A DNA stretch of 64,000 bases from an uncultured Bacteroidales bacterium (GTDB lineage Bacteria; Bacteroidota; Bacteroidia; Bacteroidales; UBA4417): positions 44,358 through 108,357 of the forward strand of contig CALBZC010000010.1 in assembly GCA_937889945.1 (NCBI GenBank), read 5' to 3'. How positions within the stretch are numbered: position 1 is the stretch's first letter; each line of letters begins with the position of its first letter. This document shows positions 59,301 through 64,000 of the stretch, piece after piece. The position numbers and the translations under genes are program-made. The notes under the pieces are model-generated. The model ran no database searches, had not been told where the DNA came from, and saw only the letters and a list, made by a program, of their open reading frames with translations.

Positions 59301-59476
59301 GGGTTGTTTTTACAGATGAAGGTGTGGTGCTTATAGAGTTTAAAACGGGCATTCCTTTACCTCAACATAAAAGACAAGTGCACACCTATGCCGATTTGCT
59401 GGTGCAAATGGGATATACGATAAAAGAAAAAATATTGGTGTACCTGAGTGATGATATAACTATTGAAAAACTATAA
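56321..59476 (+). CDS. AddA/RecB-like UvrD-family helicase fused to a PD-(D/E)XK nuclease
   Basis: 1051 aa with Walker A SSAGSGKTYTL, motif II LIDEFQDTS and late helicase motifs (IMTIHKSKGLEF, YVACTRA). The C-terminal nuclease motif is FRPDRVVF...VVLIEFKTG...QVHTY. Confidence 0.85.
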   Translation: MQGNGNFTVYKSSAGSGKTYTLVREYITIALKSPRYFKSILAITFTNKAAAEMKQRIIISLTHMANPQKYTDTAAVKFMMPDIAKATGFSVNEIAEKSTQTLTQILHHYDDFAIKTIDSFVSNIIRTFAHDLHLPVDFEIELTHEKLLDEAVGKILDKIGVDKEITELLLAYADAKMEDDLSWDIELNLKQTGKEIFEERSIPFLAALKNYSPQRIKEISQHIRARLKHIENHLLQLAKNALTIINQQGVSPEWLMYGKNGIYSFFNRLHNKQIVLPSDKIATSVSENKWYASKCTVSQKLAVDAVKNELEVIFKDIVDYLNKNFSEYNLLLLISRNVYQMGVLAELQQQVEAISRENAVVHISEFNKRIIDIILKEPVPFIYERIGERYHHYLIDEFQDTSELQWKNLLPLLGETLAGGNFNLVVGDGKQAIYRFRNGNVEQFVTLPQLPPSFEKHIFAETADALAANYVGNELLTNFRSKQEIVNFNNALFTYAARFLPDDFKSIYANHVQKNLPSNNGGFVQIEFYEKEPKVKVPQVYLQRVADIIKQLQEKGFALGDICILIQKKLEGSIIARFLTQQGIKVVSNEALLLHSSPQVNFLISLLTYLKDKNMLAAAEILNYLNRNALINVDLIDVCSDKSVSGLGVFLAEQDFNFNEKYLHTFSLYDLCEELIRIFKLQTPYDIYLQTFLDFVNTVQVKAGNRIASFLQEWEENKSTLSIQSSAEPDAVKIMTIHKSKGLEFPVVILPVSQNDKAPLKNKWAYMPQHMHNLLPVAYLPLTKTWENTELAHLYTREQEYELLDKINAAYVACTRAVDCLYILCIEQNPTKESESFSFNKLFYNYTQENKGVFNESGNIFYTGIINQRKQRDELPEKAAQPARMQSSPWRQKIFIARTASAGISTSDSRTEQSWGAIVHESIALINSPVHIKDIVLQQAEKYRFSEQEKDKLTENLKKLVNNSSLTAYFGETVRTFSEAGILDTDGNAFRPDRVVFTDEGVVLIEFKTGIPLPQHKRQVHTYADLLVQMGYTIKEKILVYLSDDITIEKL

Positions 59477-60534
59477 TGCAAATGCAGGATAATATTAAAA
59501 AATTTATCAGTCTGGTAGCTGAAAGTATGGGTAACTATACTTTTGTGAAACTATCCTTAGGCAACCATAAAGGAGAAGATAAAACCCTTAAAAACCTTTA
59601 TGCGAAAAAAATAACCATTAAAAATCAGGAAAAAATACAATTTGTTTTTCGTCATCAAACCAAAGATATTACCAAAAATTACGACACGCGTGATGCGCTA
59701 TCTATACTTCAAACATTAGTAGGTAATGATTTTTATGCAGCCACTTTGTTTACTTTGCAGAGCGACTATGTTTTGCAGGTCATATCTCCATCCAAATCAA
59801 GTTTGATAACCCAAAAGCCGACCCACACCTCACTTCCCGATACCAATCATGACAAGAAAAAGAATTATACCCTCGACACGCCTGCAAACTCTTATCTGCA
59901 TGATTTAAAAATTACCGATAATAAAGGCAACGTGCTTGTAAACAGTCAGGACAAGTATAAGCAGATTAATCACTATGTGGAACTGCTTTCGCCGCTGTTT
60001 AAGGATATTGATGCAACACACACCTTAAAAATTGCGGATATGGGGAGCGGAAAAGGATATCTTACTTTTGCGTTGTATGACTATATAAAAAATAAATTGC
60101 GCCTGAATGCCGAGGTTACGGGCGTTGAGCTGCGTAAAGAACTCGTAGAACTTTGCAATACCATTGCCGCTAAAAACAATTTTAAAAGTTTGCGGTTTAT
60201 ACAAGGGGCTATACATACATTTGATTTTAACGGTATGGATGTGCTTATTGCCCTACACGCCTGCGATACGGCTACCGATGATGCCATTGCGTCCGGTATT
60301 AAAGCCAATGCCAAATATATTGTTGTGGCGCCTTGCTGTCATAAGCAAATCAGGAGGGAAATAGAAAAAAATAAACCTGAAAACGATTTTTCTTTTATGG
60401 CAAAACACGGCGTGTTTCTTGAACGCCATGCCGAAATGCTTACCGATGCCATACGTGCTTTAATTTTAGAATATTATGGCTATAAGACAAAAGATTTGAG
60501 TTTATTTCGGATGTGCATACGCCAAAAAATGTGA
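59476..60534 (+). CDS. SAM-dependent methyltransferase (Methyltransf_32-like), apparently frameshifted near its 3' end
   Basis: Motif I IADMGSGKGYLTFAL and LIALHACDTATDDA are present. The start ATG overlaps the helicase stop (TAATG at 59474..59478). The last ~13 codons look out of frame; see the next feature. Confidence 0.7.
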   Translation: MQMQDNIKKFISLVAESMGNYTFVKLSLGNHKGEDKTLKNLYAKKITIKNQEKIQFVFRHQTKDITKNYDTRDALSILQTLVGNDFYAATLFTLQSDYVLQVISPSKSSLITQKPTHTSLPDTNHDKKKNYTLDTPANSYLHDLKITDNKGNVLVNSQDKYKQINHYVELLSPLFKDIDATHTLKIADMGSGKGYLTFALYDYIKNKLRLNAEVTGVELRKELVELCNTIAAKNNFKSLRFIQGAIHTFDFNGMDVLIALHACDTATDDAIASGIKANAKYIVVAPCCHKQIRREIEKNKPENDFSFMAKHGVFLERHAEMLTDAIRALILEYYGYKTKDLSLFRMCIRQKM

Positions 60535-60656
60535 TGATTATGGCTGAAAAACGCCCAAATGCCATGAAAGACGAAAAAATAAAACTGCAACTGCAACAAA
60601 TAAAAAAGTATTTTGGAATAGGTACGCATTATTTGGAAACATTGCTTGATAAATAA
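60492..60656 (+). other. Out-of-frame continuation of the methyltransferase ORF (-1 frame), 54 sense codons to the TAA at 60654
   Basis: The frame starting at 60492 reads RFEFISDVHTPKNVMIMAEKRPNAMKDEKIKLQLQQIKKYFGIGTHYLETLLDK*. It opens right at the A4 run at 60489..60492 and fills the otherwise non-coding gap before the next gene. Confidence 0.55.
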
Positions 60657-60668
60657 TTAAATAAATAT

Positions 60669-61076
60669 ATGATGGAAATTTATGAATTAGAGTTTGAGGT
60701 TCGCAATTACGAATGCGATTTACAGGGAATTGTAAACAATTCGGTGTATCTTAACTATTTGGAGCACGCACGCCACACGTATTTAAAAGAGAAAGGAATT
60801 GACTTTCAAAAGCTTCATAATGAAGGAATTGATTTGGTAGTAACGCGTATTGAAGCTGATTATAAAACGCCACTTACAGGCGGCGATAAATTTATAGTAA
60901 GGCACACCATTGCACGCGATGGAAATTTGAAATTGGTGTTTAACCAGGAAATTATAAAACTACCTGAACAAAAAACCTCTGTTAAGGCAAAAGTTTTCGG
61001 GGTAGGCATACAAAACGGACGCCCCATACGCATTGATGATGTTCCCGGAATAAAAGAACTGTTGGCTGAGCTATAA
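60669..61076 (+). CDS. Acyl-CoA thioesterase, 4HBT/YbgC-like hotdog fold
   Basis: 135 aa. VRNYECDLQGIVNNSVYLNYLEHAR is the typical 4HBT N-terminal catalytic-Asp segment. Confidence 0.8.
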   Translation: MMEIYELEFEVRNYECDLQGIVNNSVYLNYLEHARHTYLKEKGIDFQKLHNEGIDLVVTRIEADYKTPLTGGDKFIVRHTIARDGNLKLVFNQEIIKLPEQKTSVKAKVFGVGIQNGRPIRIDDVPGIKELLAEL

Positions 61077-61085
61077 GCCTTCCCT

Positions 61086-61898
61086 TTATTTCCCCCTTTT
61101 CTTTTTATAGTATTTTCTGTACCACGAGGATGTTTTTTTGTATAATGAAAAAGCATTTTCGTGGGGGAAAATATTGGCGCGGAATATGGCAAAACGATTT
61201 TCTTCTATCTTCATACCGCCCGTGTCTGTGGCAATTCCAAATTCAAAACCTGCCTGTTGCACAAGGGCTTCGGTATTGTTGTCATAATCACCGTAAGGAT
61301 AGGCAAAAGAAATAACCTCTGTGTGTAAACCTTTCTCTAATGACGTTTTGGAGTTTTTTATTTCTTCAAAAGCCTGTTGCGGAGGCAATTGAGTAAGGCG
61401 TGGATGCGAAAGGGTATGAGCCCCTATTTCCCACCCTGCATCAGCAAGTTGCTGCTTTTGTTCAGCTTGCATGATTATGCCGTGCGAAGGCTCCTCGCCG
61501 CTATCCCAGTTATTTTTCTGAATATTAAAATCGCCAAGCAAAAAAATGACGGGGGTAAACCCATATTTGCTGCACAAAGGCAATGCGTTGGCATAAGTGC
61601 TGAGATAGCCGTCGTCGAAGGTAAGGATAAAAGGTTTTGCCGGAAAATCCTTTGCCGGTTTTTGTGCGCGTGCAAAAGCCAGATAATCCTTGAAAGTTAT
61701 GGATGTTAATCCCCTACGTTTAAAAAAGCGTACATGTTTTTCAAAATTATCCCTTGTTACATATATTTTGTGTGCCGTTTCTATTTCCCCATCCGTAACC
61801 TTGTGATACATTAACCCACATTGCTCCCAAACCCCATCAAAAAAATATTTTCCACAAATTTTGCACTTAATTTCTTTATTTTTCCGTTGGGGTACCAC
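61086..61898 (-). CDS. Polysaccharide deacetylase (NodB homology domain); probably the 3' part of a gene split by the adjacent IS
   Basis: NodB motifs LTFDDGY and GAHTLSHP are present. The tracked start is GTG and the first ATG is 29 codons in. The frame stays open upstream through 61951, up to the IS boundary. Confidence 0.75.
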   Translation of the reverse strand: MVPQRKNKEIKCKICGKYFFDGVWEQCGLMYHKVTDGEIETAHKIYVTRDNFEKHVRFFKRRGLTSITFKDYLAFARAQKPAKDFPAKPFILTFDDGYLSTYANALPLCSKYGFTPVIFLLGDFNIQKNNWDSGEEPSHGIIMQAEQKQQLADAGWEIGAHTLSHPRLTQLPPQQAFEEIKNSKTSLEKGLHTEVISFAYPYGDYDNNTEALVQQAGFEFGIATDTGGMKIEENRFAIFRANIFPHENAFSLYKKTSSWYRKYYKKKRGK

Positions 61899-61934
61899 AG
61901 GAAAAACGTTTTTTTCAACTCTGAAGAGGTTAAT

Positions 61935-61951
61935 AAAATTTGTAGTACACA
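61935..61951. repeat. 17-bp direct repeat AAAATTTGTAGTACACA, left copy (putative target-site duplication)
   Basis: Identical 17-mer at 63815..63831. The flanking bases differ on both sides (T vs A on the 5' side, G vs A on the 3' side). Confidence 0.8.
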
Positions 61952-63814
61952 GGGGGGTGTTGCATAGTTGTATAAATTGTTGGAACTTTGGCGCCTGATT
62001 ATGTACTTCAAATGTTCACAGCGCAATAATCCCGAAACCGGACGTTCGCAGGTTTACCTCCGGTTGGTTGAAAGTTATCGGAATCTCGACGACAGGGTAT
62101 GCCATCGCACCTTGCTCAATGTCGGTTTTATGGCCACAGGCACTACGCCCGAACAGCTGAACGCCATTCAAGGGTATCTGAACCATTGGCACGAGCAAAA
62201 GGAAACCCTTTTTGAAGAGGAAGCCGATGCGTTTGTACGCGAACAGGCAGAAGTGCTGTGGCATCGGTTGGTTCACGAAAAACGTATCGATTTGAATTGG
62301 AAGCAGAAAGCCGAACGCTCCATCGATGCCGCCACCATGCGCCATAGCCATGTACGCGAAATCGGCTCTGAATGGATAGCCTATAAGGCGTTGCAGGATT
62401 TAGAGCTTGATAAAAAACTCTTGGCGCTTGGGTGGAGCGAAGAAGAAGCCATGTTAGCTGCTGTTCAGATTGTTTCGCGCGCCGTATATCCCGCCTCTGA
62501 GCTTGGTACAAGCCGATGGATAAACGAAAACTCGGGCGTAAAAGAGCTGATTGGATATGAGGGCGCGATAAGCAAAGACAAACTTTACAAGAGCGCCTTG
62601 AAACTCTTTCACGCCAAATACGCCTTGGAGAGACACCTGAGCGAACGCACCAACACGCTCTTCGATTTGGAAGACAAGATTATATTGTACGATTTGACCA
62701 ACACCTATTTTGAAGGACAAAAACGGGGCAGCTCGCTGGCACAGTTCGGTCGCAGCAAAGAAAAGCGTCGCGACGCCAAGTTAGTAGTGTTGGCTTTGGT
62801 TATCAACGTAGAGGGATTTATCAAGTACTCCTCTATCCTTCAAGGAAATATAGCCGACAGCAAAACGCTTTCGTCCATGATAGACAAACTCGATGGGCAC
62901 ACCGTGAGCGGACATCCCATCGTGGTGTTGGACGCGGGCATCGCCACCGAAGAGAACTTAGAAACCATCCGCGCGAAAAAGTATCATTACGTATGCGTAA
63001 GCCGCAGTAAAATAAAAGACTACGAGGCAGTTGCCGGACATCCGGGCGTGCTGCATAAAACCCGTTCGCGCCAACAAATCACCCTGGAATCGGTTCGCAC
63101 CGAGCGCAATACGGACTATTACCTGAAAGTGGACAGTCCTGCAAAGGCGATGAAGGAGGCAGGTATGAAAACCTCTTTTGAAAGTCGTTTTGAGTTGGAG
63201 TTGGAAAAAATCCGTCAGTCGCTGCATAAAAAAGGCGGGGTCAAAAAAACGGACAAAGTGCACGAGCGCATCGGACGTGCCAAACAGAAATACCCTTCGG
63301 CGCAAGGCGGCTATAACATAAAAGTAGTCGAAGATACCAAACAGGTTGCCGTTACAGACATCAGGTGGGAAAAAGACCCCGAAAAACAGGCAGCCAAAGA
63401 GCAGAGCTTGGGTGTGTATTTTGTGCGTACCGACTTGGATATGGAGTGCGAAGTGGTGCTTTGGGACATATACAATACCATCAGAGAGATAGAATACAGT
63501 TTTAGAACGCTCAAAACGGATCTGGACTTACGCCCTATTTATCATAAGAATGATGAAAGCACGATGGCGCATCTGCACTTGGGGCTGCTCGCTTACTGGT
63601 TGGTCAATACGGTGCGTTATCGTTTGAAATCCAAAGGCATTAACAGTTGTTGGAGCGAAATTGTACGCATCGGCAACACTCAAAAAATAATAACCACCAC
63701 CGGTCAAAACACGTTCGATAAAATCATATCGGTACGAAAGTGTTCTCAACCCGAGCCGCAACTCAAAATAATTTACGCGGCATTGAACATACCCGACATA
63801 CCAATGAAAAAACA
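61952..63814 (+). mobile_element. IS1634-family (IS4-related) insertion sequence, ~1.86 kb; boundaries inferred from the flanking 17-bp direct repeat
   Basis: It contains a single DDE transposase ORF. GC is about 45-52 % in four hand-counted lines, against ~35-42 % in most flanking lines. It is bounded by a perfect 17-bp direct repeat. I could not find clear terminal inverted repeats. Confidence 0.65.
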
Positions 63815-63845
63815 AAAATTTGTAGTACACAAACCACCATCCTGA
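62001..63845 (+). CDS. IS1634-family DDE transposase
   Basis: 614 aa from the ATG at 62001 (MYFKCSQRNNPETGRSQVYLRLVESYRN...). The DDE blocks are LYDLTNTYFEG, VVLDAGIATEENL and IEYSFRTLKTDLDLRPIYHKNDESTMAHLHLGLLAYWL (the Y-R-E-K region). The last 10 codons and the stop lie in the right repeat copy and flanking DNA. Confidence 0.85.
   Translation: MYFKCSQRNNPETGRSQVYLRLVESYRNLDDRVCHRTLLNVGFMATGTTPEQLNAIQGYLNHWHEQKETLFEEEADAFVREQAEVLWHRLVHEKRIDLNWKQKAERSIDAATMRHSHVREIGSEWIAYKALQDLELDKKLLALGWSEEEAMLAAVQIVSRAVYPASELGTSRWINENSGVKELIGYEGAISKDKLYKSALKLFHAKYALERHLSERTNTLFDLEDKIILYDLTNTYFEGQKRGSSLAQFGRSKEKRRDAKLVVLALVINVEGFIKYSSILQGNIADSKTLSSMIDKLDGHTVSGHPIVVLDAGIATEENLETIRAKKYHYVCVSRSKIKDYEAVAGHPGVLHKTRSRQQITLESVRTERNTDYYLKVDSPAKAMKEAGMKTSFESRFELELEKIRQSLHKKGGVKKTDKVHERIGRAKQKYPSAQGGYNIKVVEDTKQVAVTDIRWEKDPEKQAAKEQSLGVYFVRTDLDMECEVVLWDIYNTIREIEYSFRTLKTDLDLRPIYHKNDESTMAHLHLGLLAYWLVNTVRYRLKSKGINSCWSEIVRIGNTQKIITTTGQNTFDKIISVRKCSQPEPQLKIIYAALNIPDIPMKKQKFVVHKPPS
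63815..63831. repeat. 17-bp direct repeat AAAATTTGTAGTACACA, right copy (putative target-site duplication)
   Basis: Identical to 61935..61951. Confidence 0.8.
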
Positions 63846-64000
63846 AAATGATAACTACTTGATGGGTAAGTAAAATATCGAAAGCGGGGTGCAACTTGGG
63901 TTAAAACAGGAATGGGTTTTTTGTGGATGTTTTCTATAATAACGGTTTCGTAAAGTTTAAAAATTTTAGCGCTTACCACACTCAGTTTATATTGTGCCAA
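63832..64000 (-). pseudogene. Upstream fragment of the IS-disrupted gene (open to the window edge)
   Basis: The minus-strand frame reads ...AQYKLSVVSAKIFKLYETVIIENIHKKPIPVLTQVAPRFRYFTYPSSSYHFQDGGL with no stop. It enters the right repeat copy as CTTNF, the same frame in which the left copy is read (CTTNF-INLFRVEKNVFPVVPQRK...) into the deacetylase ORF. Confidence 0.5.

Noticed and set aside
63884-63891. GCGGGGTG downstream of the transposase resembles the GGGGGGTG at the left IS end (61952..61959), suggesting an alternative right boundary near 63890.
   Set aside because: The two are in direct, not inverted, orientation, and similarity stops after 8 nt. The 17-bp perfect repeat, the in-frame restoration of the host ORF and the drop in GC after 63814 all favour the boundary at 63814.
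1-64000. Searched by eye for CRISPR-like regularly spaced repeats, phage structural or integrase genes, toxin-antitoxin pairs, restriction-modification, retron/DGR reverse transcriptases and biosynthetic clusters.
   Set aside because: None of the ORF translations carries the corresponding hallmark motifs, and no regularly spaced repeat array is visible. Apart from the IS, the window is core chromosome.

Overview
The window looks like low-GC chromosomal DNA from a member of the Bacteroidota. Hand counts on a few lines give roughly 35-42 % GC. The phylum call rests on three things: TAnnTTTG -7 promoter boxes upstream of many genes, several Bacteroidota-typical DUF genes and a T9SS-associated gene, and ClpP and S16 proteins carrying extensions.

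It is densely packed with about 50 genes, almost all core housekeeping:
- Translation and RNA: rpmB, rpsP, rimM, tsaD, a tRNA-Val m6A37 methyltransferase, tRNA-Leu(GAG).
- Proteostasis: tig-clpP, clpX, pepF, pepE.
- Replication and repair: dnaE, dnaX, an AddA-like helicase-nuclease.
- Nucleotide and cofactor metabolism: guaA, upp, thiD, pdxH, cinA.
- Envelope: two YcbB-like L,D-transpeptidase paralogs, mtgA, tamB, a LysM protein, a small outer-membrane barrel, a DUF5103/T9SS-plug-like protein, TlpA-like thioredoxins.

I found no CRISPR array, prophage, toxin-antitoxin pair, or recognisable defence or biosynthetic island, and I do not claim a novel multi-gene system.

The observations most worth a second look are:
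1. A GC-rich IS1634-family element at the right end is flanked by a perfect 17-bp direct repeat. Removing it in silico restores one continuous reading frame through a polysaccharide-deacetylase gene, so the element appears to have split a larger gene.
2. An 805-bp AT-rich non-coding gap upstream of dnaX carries a repeated ~30-45 nt motif and a one-strand cluster of TGTGG (DnaA-box-like) words.
3. A Methyltransf_32-like methyltransferase is frameshifted at an A4 run and is translationally coupled (TAATG) to the helicase-nuclease.
4. tamB has no canonical start codon that would include its N-terminal membrane anchor.
5. Two perfect hairpins lie in the rpsP/dnaE divergent region.

All function calls come from reading the supplied translations for family hallmark motifs. 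No database search was possible.
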